A DNA stretch of 64,000 nucleotides from assembly GCF_006345805.1 (NCBI RefSeq), contig NC_043010.1, positions 7,316,001 through 7,380,000 of the forward strand. The letters are read 5' to 3'. This DNA comes from Octopus sinensis. Taxonomy: Eukaryota. Position numbers and translations under genes: made by a program. The number at the start of each line of letters is the position of its first letter. The first letter of the stretch is position 1. This document shows, piece by piece, positions 53,504-64,000 of the stretch. The notes beneath the pieces are model-generated. The model worked only from the letters and a program-made list of their open reading frames with translations. It was not told the origin of the DNA and ran no database searches.

Positions 53504-53886
53504 GGTCTGACACTAAGTGGTATTAGGGTCACAACCTGGCAGACGGGACTCTGGTGAAAATCCTCGGAGTGTCTGATTTGGCAACCGCGGCTCCTCGGTC
53601 ATTCTGTCCCTGCATCTGCGGACAATCTGCGGCAAACAGAATGTCTCTACATGCAGGATTGTTGGGGACCACTTGTGAAATCCACATATTCCCACGAAAC
53701 TTCTTCCATGAATTCTCAATGACCACAGGTGGTCGGCCTGTGCCGATGGAACCGTGACTGGCTCGCTATCTCCAGTAAACTGGTGCAGGACCATTGTGCG
53801 CGGGCTGCCATGGTTCGAGATGCCTCGAGGGTGGTAGAAGAAGCCAACTCAACTCACCCAGGGTGAATGTCACCACAAGTACAAGT
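53393..53886 (+). mobile_element. Short non-autonomous retroelement, 494 bp, 11-bp TSD, structured 5' head, (CAAGTA)n-type tail
   Basis: TSD aagtattctta at 53382-53392 and 53887-53897; ends cacaagtacaagt; GC-rich relative to its flanks. Confidence 0.8.
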
Positions 53887-54088
53887 AAGTATTCTTACTA
53901 ATGGCTGTTTAATTTGGTTGACCAAATCAAGTTCCTTCCATAACTTTACTCATTATTTCATTTTTCACTTTAACACAGCACAGATACCTACAATTGTTTT
54001 CATTCTTCTCCATTCATTTCCACTTGCTTAACTCATTCCTTGTGCCTCCTCTCAGCAGAGAATTAATAATGGTAGAATTTGAATGATA

Positions 54089-54487
54089 GGCGCAGGAGTG
54101 GCTGTGTGGTAAGTAGCTTGTTTACCAACCACATGGTTCCGGGTTCAGTCCCACTGCGTGGCATCTTGGGCAAATGTCTTCTGCTATAGCCCTGGGCCGA
54201 CTAATGCCTTGTGAGTGGATTTGGTAGACGGAAACTAAAAGAAGCCCGTCGTATATATGTATATATAAATGTGTGTGTGTGTGTGTTTGTCCCCCTAGCA
54301 TTGCTTGACAACCGATGCTGGTGTGTTTATGTTCCCGTTATTTAACGGTTCGGCAAAAAGAGACCGATAGAATAAGTACTGGGCTTACAAAAGAATAAGT
54401 CCCGGGGTCGAGTTGCTCGATTAAAGGCGGTGCTCCAGCATGGCCGCAGTCAAATGACTGAAACAAGTAAAAGAGTAAAGAGAGAGT
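54089..54487 (+). mobile_element. SINE family A, full length
   Basis: Colinear with the other copies. Confidence 0.92.
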
Positions 54488-54618
54488 ATCCAGTAAATGG
54501 CTGCTTTCAATGGATATTTTTGAGTAGAATCTGATTATAACAATAATATATTCTATGATAGAATCAGAAAACTGACAAGGAAAAATTGCCTTATGACATT
54601 TTCATTTGATTCTTTTAG

Positions 54619-54685
54619 ATTTCTGAGTCCCAAATTCTTGTAGCTGAGGCTGGAAGCAAGAATTTGGAGAAGGCATTGGTTTTTG
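54619..54685 (+). CDS. Candidate internal exon (ISESQILVAEAGSKNLEKALVF), product unknown
   Basis: ttcttttag| acceptor (alternative ttcttgtag| start at 54644) and G|GTGAGT donor; open frame. No homology recognised. Confidence 0.4.
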
Positions 54686-54832
54686 GTGAGTCAGAGTAAT
54701 CCAAGCTTACATATGTAGTGTGCCCCACATCACTCCAATAGTTGAACCCTCCTGTCAAGGAACCATTTCTTTTTCATATATTCTTCTGAACTATTAGTTC
54801 TAGCTATCTGTCTGTCTGTCTGTCTGTCTGTC

Positions 54833-54871
<39 letters not shown>

Positions 54872-54891
54872 CATTATTATTATTATTAATA

Positions 54892-54939
<48 letters not shown>

Positions 54940-56235
54940 GATTATGATTATTATTATTTTTATGTTCCATTTGTTTCCCGCTTTTCTCCTAAAATTAATA
55001 TATTAGTGTCAACTGAAACAACTGTTCCCCCAAATATGTGTAAATTCTCAAGAATTATCTTTTGGGGGATCAAATTCAATTCTGTGAATTCTTGATAAAC
55101 TGAAGTTCCTTAGAGTCCATATAAATCAATCAATCCGGCAAGCCATCTTCTATGAAATCTAAACTGTCACTCACACTTCAACATGGAAATTATATTTTTG
55201 AACTGTATAACCCCAGCCTTCTCTGTCCTACTTAATCTCTCATTCTTGCCTTTCTACACAGACACACACACACATCTTCACACTCACATACATCTACGTG
55301 CACACACACACACACACACTCATATCCATATGCCTACTCTTGCATAGACATACACACATACATACATATATTTGTATCTCTCTTTCAAACTGTCGTTCCT
55401 CTTTGATTTGAAGTTGTTTTTTTTTTTTGTTTTTTTTTTCTTGTGGTCCTTAGCAAAAGAAGAAACCACCACTGCTACCACTACTATCACCATCATTATC
55501 ATTATCACCACAGCCACCACTTGTATTGCTATAACAACAGCAATAACAATAACAATTTATTTATTGATTTTTGTTTTAAACACCACTACCTCATCATCTT
55601 CATCATCCTCATCATTATTATCATCACTATCATGTTTTTATTGTTATTTAGCCTCATTTCAATCTTGACTGAGTAGATTTATAATGAAAAGAAGCATTCA
55701 CGACACCATCTTTCTACTTTCTCTCAGCAGTAATATACCCCAGGCAAGGTTATTCAATGTGTCTTTTTTTTTCTAAGATAGTGGAATAAAAGTTGAAGGA
55801 AATTGGCTGCTAATTCTAGTAGGATGATTATCTACTTAGAGACCCCTCTATGCTCTTGGCATTGCTGATTTTCTTGGCATCAGCAGTTTTCTTTAAAATT
55901 CATAGCAAAGATACATTACTTTACAAGTGTGATGTTGCAAAGTTCACAACATTTTCAGTAACATGTCAAACATTTGATGGCATAAAAGACACGTGGTAAC
56001 AAAAGAGGCACCCAAATTTCAGCGGTACTTATTCAGAGCATTAAATATTATGCATGTCTCAGAGATTTACATGTAGGAGCTTTTTTTGAGATATTTTGAA
56101 AATAAAATGGATATTACATGTCATCAAATACAGTCTTTACAATTTTCAAGTTTTGGGCTTGATTAAGAAATTATTATGATATGCTTACTGTTAGTTTTAT
56201 TACTTTGAAGATGAATCAAATTATTTGTCTTGTAA

Positions 56236-56295
<60 letters not shown>

Positions 56296-56565
56296 ATAGA
56301 TAGATAGATAAATAGGCAAGCAGATATACACATATTTACATGTGTGTCTGTGTGTATCTGTGGGCATGTATCATTATATGATAGGTACCTGTGCACATTC
56401 TACTCATAAAGTAATTGGTCAGTTAAAGATTTAGTTAATTACACTTGCCCAAGGGGTCGTGCATGAAACCAAACCTCAAAACTACTCATCAGCAAAGTAA
56501 GCATTTTAACCACATGTCTGTGTTTAAATTTTTTGTGTAATCTCTTATCTTAAGCTTTTCACTGG

Positions 56566-56621
56566 TATTCAAGAACTCCAATCTCACAGATTATAATCTG
56601 TGAGATTGGAGTTCTTGAATA
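56566..56621. repeat. Perfect 56-bp palindrome (28+28, no spacer)
   Basis: tattcaagaactccaatctcacagatta|taatctgtgagattggagttcttgaata. Confidence 0.95.
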
Positions 56622-56890
56622 AATCGTTTCCAACGTCGCCTTACTGGCACCTATGCTGGTGGCATGTGTAAAATGATTCAAGCGAGGTTGTTGCCAGTAC
56701 CACCTGACTGGCCCCCGTGCCAGTAGTACGTAAAAAGCACCCACTACACTCTCAGAGTGGTTGGCATTAGGAAGGGCGTCCAGCTGTAGATTGGAGCCTG
56801 GTGCAGCCATCTGGTTTGCTAGCCCTCAGTCAAAATCGTCCAACCCATGCTAGCATGGAAAGTGGACGTTAAACGATGATGTTGATGATG
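56622..56890 (+). mobile_element. Family C SINE-like repeat
   Basis: ttaggaagggcgtccagctgtag core; aacccatgctagcatggaaagtggacgttaaacgatgatg tail. Confidence 0.8.
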
Positions 56891-57325
56891 ACAATGATGA
56901 AATACCTCCTGGCGTGTTGCTATATCTTTTTGTCCGAAAAACCGAAGTAGATAATAATAAAAACTAGGTAAAAGAATATTCTATGCGACATTATATGCCA
57001 TTGTTTGGAAATGAAACTAATTTTTCTGATTTACTCGATCCACAAACTAAAAGGAAAACCTTCACATAGGAACAAGCAGTTTAACATTTACTGGCAAATA
57101 AGCAAATCATCACTTAGCTATAACCTATACTGTATGACACAAACTATTAGGTTCATCCTCTCTTGAGATTAAACAAACAACTCCCCTTCATCCTCAATAG
57201 ATTTAAACAACTCTGCATTGTTATTTAATTATTACTAACTAAAACTATATTTTAAGTCAACTTCTGATGTTTCTCTTTTACTGCCAAAATGGTTAGTGAG
57301 GAATAATATCATGTTTCTGTTACAG

Positions 57326-57454
57326 GCTGAGATTTCAATAGAATTTACGAATTTACCTTCACCATCATCTCAAAGGAGATGGTCTATTTACAGCTTGCTG
57401 GTCACCATAATTTTTATTGTTGTTGCTTTAGTTTCATTTTATACTTTTTGTTAA
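57326..57454 (+). CDS. Candidate terminal exon ending in a hydrophobic (possible transmembrane) segment
   Basis: tttctgttacag| then AEISIEFTNLPSPSSQRRWSIYSLLVTIIFIVVALVSFYTFC*. Hydrophobic runs also arise by chance in AT-rich DNA. Confidence 0.2.
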   Translation, partial: AEISIEFTNLPSPSSQRRWSIYSLLVTIIFIVVALVSFYTFC

Positions 57455-58199
57455 TATTTCTTCTCACTTCAAACTGCTTTATACATCTATATGCAAATGC
57501 CTTTAGTTCTATAGATTCCAAAAGCTTGTACACTGCTTATTTGAATTCCAGATATTGAAAACTGAAGATAGCTGATAACATCCTGTCATAGTTGACTACA
57601 CCAGACACAGCTTCCTTCCTTCATGAGAATGATATCCATTGAATGTTATGACACACAGATATCAGCAGAGTACAAGGACTCTTATTTTTCAACAACACAA
57701 TGCCTACTGTCCAACCACACAAGATATATAGGAGAAAAAAAAAACAGCAGCATTCACACTTCAGTAAACAAAGTTCTATTTCAGTGAAGAAAGAAAGGGA
57801 AAAAAATAAAAGGGAAAAAAAAAACCGGATCTGTTAATAACTCCCTTACAACAAAGCCTGCAATTGAAGAAAAATGAGAAGGAAAATAAGAAGGAGAGAA
57901 CAAAAAAAAAAACTGCTAACAAACAATAAAATACTTGATTATATGTATCCATCGAAATTCATGTGAAGATAACATACAAACATGCAGAGAATCTTTCATA
58001 TGAAAACCTCTAGATAAATATTGGTATGTGTATGGTTGCAAAGAGAAGGAGGCATAAAATATATTCGCAAAAAAATATGCATCAAAAAATATAAAATGTG
58101 ACTAAGGATATATGTATGCATGTGTGTAATTATACACACACACACAAAACCATATATATGTATGCATGTGTGTGAATATATCTATATACACACACAACA

Positions 58200-58225
58200 C
58201 ACATATATATATATATATATGTATT

Positions 58226-58296
<71 letters not shown>

Positions 58297-58507
58297 TATA
58301 TGTATCTATATATATATATAATATATATGTATATATATATATATATGTGTATTATATATATATATTATATATATATATAGTATATATATGTATATATATA
58401 TGTATATATATGTATATATATATATATATATATATAGTATGTGTATATATTATATATATTATGGTATATATATATATATATATGATATATATATATTATA
58501 TATGTAT

Positions 58508-58560
<53 letters not shown>

Positions 58561-58794
58561 GTTCACATATGTATATGTATGCATGTGCTTCCTTCTGTGT
58601 GTGTATGTGCGTGTTTCTATTTGTCTGTATGCAGCGAAGAAAATATCCTCTATTTCTGTTAGAGACCGAAACACGTATAATTTTGCATATACAGATATGA
58701 AACAGAATAGATTTGTGTATATGTCTTTATTTATTCAAAATAATGTAATACATACATACACGCATGTATATAAATGTGTGGGTGTTTATATATG

Positions 58795-58857
<63 letters not shown>

Positions 58858-58899
58858 TATATAATATTATATATATATATAAATGATATAATATATCTA

Positions 58900-58949
<50 letters not shown>

Positions 58950-58960
58950 GTATATGTACT
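58200..58960. repeat. Long (TA)n-rich compound microsatellite
   Basis: Direct reading. Confidence 0.95.
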
Positions 58961-59039
58961 TATATGCAGAGAGAGAGAGAGAGAGAGAGAGGGATTAAAC
59001 TTTTGTTTGTAACCAAATACATATATTTATATATCCATG

Positions 59040-59200
59040 CGTAAGAAAGTTGTGGAAGAGGAAGGCTGAGGAAAGTGAAAAGAAGAGGTAAAGGTGAGCT
59101 CAGAATGCTAAATCTCACAGAAAAGGTGCAAAAAGACTTGAAAAATGGAGAAGCTCTGTGTTAGAAAAGACTCATCCAAAACATGCGGATAGAAAAAAAC
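59040..59200 (+). mobile_element. RTE-type LINE 3' remnant
   Basis: ESCGRGRLRKV...ELRMLNLTEK resembles G-x-C-x-RGRPRKTW-x-EVV-x-x-DLR-x-L-x-L of RTE termini. Confidence 0.45.
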
Positions 59201-59258
59201 TAAATACATGGAGATGTGTTGACAAGGATTACAACACCACACACACACATATATATAA

Positions 59259-59295
<37 letters not shown>

Positions 59296-59318
59296 AATAT
59301 ATATATATATATATATAT

Positions 59319-59526
59319 AAAACATTATTGGTGAATTGAAGAAATGGAGCTGAACGCAGATTGAACAGAAATCGTTTTATTTCATTCTACACGTGTTTCG
59401 AAAGGCACAAATTACCAAAATCCGATTTTGGTAATTTGTGCCTTTCGAAACACGTGTAGAATGAAATAAAACGATTTCTGTTCAATCTGCGTTCAGCTCC
59501 ATTCTTCAATTCACCAATAATGTTTT
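59319..59526. repeat. Near-perfect palindrome (104/103-bp arms, 1-nt centre) of a Penelope-like pLTR segment
   Basis: 59319-59422 is the reverse complement of 59424-59526 with one 1-nt indel; the sequence matches about 4357-4458. Confidence 0.92.
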
Positions 59527-59736
59527 AATTTCAATTATCCGCACCAATGCACGGTTGCAATGCCAGATGGTTGTACCTCCAACCGTGCTGTTTACTGCTG
59601 TGATTTTTGCTACTAAGGAATCGGTTAAACTTTTGATTAATCTACTACAAGATTATTCATCTTTCTATTTCACATAATATATATATATATATATATATAT
59701 GATATAAATGTGTATATATATATATATATATATATA

Positions 59737-60085
59737 TCATCATCATCAGCATCATGCAACGTCCATTGTCCATGCTGGCATGGGTTGGATTGTTTGACTG
59801 GGATGGCATGCTGGAAGGCTGCACCAATCTCCAGTCCAATTTGGCATGGTTTTCTATGGCTGGATGCCCTTCCTAATGCCAACCGCCCTGAGAGTGGAAT
59901 GGCTACTTTTATGTGCCACCAGCATGGGTGCCAATTTGCACGACACTGGTATCTGCCATGACTGCGATTTTGCTCAGCTCAATGTGTCTCCTTCTCAAGC
60001 ACGACATAATGCCAAAGGTCTTGGTTGTTACCTCCATGAGGCCCAACACTCGAAAGGAACTCAGCCACCTTGCCTCCATGAGGCA
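59737..60085 (-). mobile_element. Family C SINE-like repeat
   Basis: catgctggcatgggttgg...ggatgcccttcctaatgccaacc (reverse complement of core and tail). Confidence 0.75.
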
Positions 60086-60125
60086 TGTATGTATGAATGT
60101 ATGAATCTATCTATACATACATACA

Positions 60126-60987
60126 CAGGGTGCTGTGAATAAACTGTCGTTTAAATTATGCAAAAATGAAAATGACACTACCCTCTCATTTTAACATATA
60201 TTTACTAAAATTAAATAAAAATATCTTGAAATACTAAATAGTAAATTTATTCAATAAAATAGCCATTGGCTTCAATAAAGGCCTTTAGACGACTTTGGAA
60301 TCTTCTGCAACTCTTCTGGACGGTCTCCTTGTTTAAGTTGGTGGATGTTGTCCTAATCCTTGCCTTCAGTTCATCTTTGGTGTTACAAGGAGTTTTGTTG
60401 GTCTCTCACTCAGCTGCACCCACACATAATAATCAGGGGGTTGCAGTCTGGAGAGTTAGGTGGCCAAGTATTAGGAGTGATGTGGCCTCAGAAATTGTCT
60501 GACGGCCATGACTGTATTCTCCTGTTTGTGTGACATGATGCAGAGTTCTGTTTCCAGACATAGGATCTTCCAACAGCCACCCTCTTGACGCAGGGCAGCA
60601 TAACCTCCTTCAGGCAGTTGATGTAGACCATGTAGGAAGATGAATGGTGGCTTAACGTTGCCATCACTTGTTATCATTCCAGACACCATGATGTTGACTA
60701 GATGTTAGATTTTGATCACTCTCAGTACATGTCCTCAGATTGCACCATCCTCAGATTGACACCCAAACACACTGAAATGTTTACATTGGAGCTTCTGGCA
60801 TGAATGCCAAGCAGTACAGCATGTCACTTCCAAATTTCTGGCAGAGTGAATTGCGTCATGGTGCTGTTTTTCTCACAGACAGTGCCCAACTGACTCTACA
60901 ATACTGTGTAGTCGACAAAATCAAAAATAAACAATGTGCTTGCATGAAATTAATAATATAAAACAGCAACAATTTATCCATCTCACC

Positions 60988-60990
<3 letters not shown>
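60126..60990 (-). mobile_element. Internally deleted mariner-type (DD(3x)D) DNA transposon
   Basis: Degenerate TIRs CAGGGTG...AATAAA at 60126 and ...CACCCTG|TA at 60990; minus-strand pieces IMVSGMITSDGNVKPPFIF...VWKQNSASCH...NTWPPNSPDCNP.DYYVW. Confidence 0.8.
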
Positions 60991-61075
<85 letters not shown>

Positions 61076-61419
61076 ATATATATGTATATATACATATATA
61101 CCTATGTGTGTATATATGTGTGTGTATGTGTTTCCTTGTTTAAGAATAATAAATATTTAATTTACAAATGTATACAGTAAACCATTAGATTCATGTAAAA
61201 TAGTTTTTATTACAACATAAAACCATTTATATATGTAAACATTTATACAAATGTGTGTTTGTGTGTGTGTGTATGTGTATCTATACACACACACACACAC
61301 ACACACACACATAATATATCCATTTCCATACTTATGTATCTTGATATATTCTACTATATAAATGCAAGTGTAAGTGGTTATGTATGTGTGTTTATGCCAC
61401 AATATTACAGATTTGTTTG

Positions 61420-61765
61420 TCAGTTGCTTGACCCTAACCAGTTAGCATGTCCTTTAATGGCTAATAGTATGTGCATTTCTGATCATGAGCAGGAGCTATT
61501 GGGGAGCATCATTGCCATGTTTGAGAGGGATTCTTTGGAGTTTGAATAATTCACCTTTGGAAACATAGTTGTTTCATACATCGTCCTTCAACAGTCGTTA
61601 TTCTTTTTGAATAGGATGGGCTACTCAACCTGAAGAAAATTCTCATCGGAATACCCTGACGTGCCTAGAATACCCTGATCTGAGAGTCAGTCATGATGGG
61701 TATATTGGGCTTCATATATCTGTACCCCAGCATCACTTGGTGGTGTGTGCTGCTTCTTAACTCTA
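61420..61765. mobile_element. Dispersed repeat remnant, probably LINE-derived; class unresolved
   Basis: GC-richer non-coding block resembling a common octopus interspersed repeat as recalled from memory; only one copy in this window. Confidence 0.3.
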
Positions 61766-61880
61766 TAATAATGATAATAATTATTTAAAATTTTGGTGCA
61801 CAGCCAGTAATTTGGGGGTAATGGTAAGTCGATTACAGCAGTAAGGAACTAGAAGAAACCACACACACACCTATATATAT

Positions 61881-61925
<45 letters not shown>

Positions 61926-62301
61926 CACACACACACACTCACACACCCCTTCATGGTTTTTAGGCCCTCAACTTGTGATATATTCATTCAGGTGTCATTA
62001 TGATATATTGCCAGTCTTGGGCAATTTCTAAACCTTACGGAACCCATCTTTCTCCAGGTCTAAACACAACAGATTTGTTCCAGTGGGAAAGTGAGAAAGA
62101 AAATGAAAAACTGAATGGGGAATCAGCATCATTACCAAACCAGTACTTTATTTATCGACCTCTTGCATGATGAGAAACAAAGTACCCTTCAGTGTAATTT
62201 GAACCCAGAGTAGAGGGAGCTTAAAAAATGGCTACAAAATATTCTCTTCAAAACTTGATTGGCCATGCCATTTTGCTATACAGGAATGTGATCATATACT
62301 T

Positions 62302-62525
62302 TGAAATACTTTGAAATACTTTGAAAGGTTTCGGCCATTATTGGCCCAGGCCATGTCTAACTTAATAGCACCACCTGGTGAAGTCTTTCAAGTCAGAATT
62401 TGGGCACTATGGCCCACTCAAGTAGAGAGTTATTGTTTACAGAGACATATCCGGGTGTAGGGGGTTTATCCGGGATTTCTTGAAGGAATCTGTCCAAAGA
62501 CTTCTTGAACCCTATAGGGTAACAT
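62302..62525 (-). mobile_element. CR1-type LINE 3' end with (TACTTTGAAA)n tail
   Basis: GFKKSLDRFLQEIPDKPPTPGYVSVNNNSLLEW matches the FK-x-x-LD-x-FL-x-x-IPD-x-P-x-x-PGY...NSL terminus; tandem tail at 62298-62327. Confidence 0.7.
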
Positions 62526-62854
62526 GCATACACACACGTGTATAAACACACATGCACATATATATACACATACATATATGTATACACACACAGGGGTTCA
62601 CACACACAGAGAAAATAAAACATAAGAAATTGTCTACAAATTGTCTTGTGTTTCGTTTTCTCTATGTACTCTATGACATATCCAACTGCGGATTTCTACT
62701 GAATGACACGAGGGCAATAATGGAAATGGAAATATGTAATTTAAGCTTTAAATCACACTTTAGTAAAACTATACATATATCTATATAAATGTGTGATGTG
62801 TGTTGATTTGTATATATACATACATATATGTATATATATGTGTGTGTACGTATG

Positions 62855-62889
<35 letters not shown>

Positions 62890-63210
62890 ACTATAAATAT
62901 ATGTATATATATTATATTAAATTATGTATATATATGTATATATAACTTGTATGTATGCATATATTTATATATGTATTTCTATAAAGATGTGCATTTAGGT
63001 ATTCAACACGAGATAATTCTAAGCTCTTTAACTGTAATATTTGTCGTAGTTAAGATTTAAACGATACAAAAATAAGCAAACAGAAAATACCATGAAAAAA
63101 AACTGAGATAGATTTGAATAGGAATTAATCAGCACACCTATAGCAGGCTGTGCAAGAACATTAACTCTTTTGCTACAAACAGTCATTATTGCTTTTGAGT
63201 TAGGCTTGCA

Positions 63211-63257
<47 letters not shown>

Positions 63258-63419
63258 GTTCTAATATACAAGGCAAAGATTTATATTAAAAGATGATGGG
63301 CTCTGAAATTTAATGACTGCTCAGCAGGTAAATACACTGGATTGAGAATCTTACAATTTCAATTTCTGAATTGTAAGTAATTAATATATTGTCTTTTATA
63401 TGTCATGTGAAACCTAAGA

Positions 63420-63573
63420 CGTATTTCCAACATACTTATACATATGCATGCACACGCACACACACATGCATACACATACACACACATCCCTAAATATATA
63501 TATACATCCATATATACATACAAACATACATATATATGCAGATATATATACATACAAACATACATATATACAC

Positions 63574-63621
<48 letters not shown>

Positions 63622-63830
63622 AAATATATGTATGTATATATAAATAATAAATTTTATATATATATATATACATATATATGGGTGTGTTTGTGTGTGTGTA
63701 TGTATTTGTGTATGTATGTACATATGTACGTATTTATGTATGTATGTATGTATGTATGTACGTATGTACGTATGTATGTATGTATGTATGTATGTATGTA
63801 CGTACGTATGTATGTATGTATGTATGCAGT
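63420..63830. repeat. (TA)n/(CATA)n/(TATG)n compound microsatellite
   Basis: Direct reading. Confidence 0.95.
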
Positions 63831-64000
63831 GAGAGATAGATTTATGGTATCATGCAATAAACCTGTCAATGTAAGTCTAACACTTAATATTCTTGTTCAA
63901 TATTTTTGGCAAATTTATTTAAGATATGATTTATAATCAAAATGAAATTCCAACTGTGACATACAATAAGAATATAAATAATAGGTATCAAAAATATCTA

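Noticed and set aside
58630-58682. gaccGAAACACGTATA, resembling a hammerhead 3' half
   Set aside because: No CTGANGA core and no stem I/III pairing could be found.

Overview
AT-rich, very repeat-dense eukaryotic DNA. The SINE families and microsatellite load strongly suggest an octopus (coleoid cephalopod) genome; this is inferred from family resemblance, not from a search. The window looks intronic or intergenic. No protein-coding gene could be identified with confidence, and almost all ORFs in the supplied track are translations of microsatellites or SINEs. What the sequence supports: (i) many copies of four SINE-like families (here A, B, C, D), several with clean target-site duplications (TSDs) and nested insertions; (ii) decayed LINE fragments (Penelope GIY-YIG, R4/Dong-type RLE, RTE, CR1-type 3' end); (iii) DNA transposons (internally deleted mariner-type, Tc1 N-terminus, two non-autonomous Helitrons); (iv) several long inverted repeats; (v) a few weak candidate exons. 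The most interesting signal is a set of candidate self-cleaving ribozyme motifs inside short non-autonomous retroelements: a TSD-flanked element with a tRNA-like Pol III head and two inverted hammerhead-bearing arms (38451-39023), a TSD-flanked 494-bp element with an HDV-like pseudoknot at its 5' end (53393-53886), and further Penelope-type hammerhead motifs. All folds were worked out by eye, and none is shown to be active.
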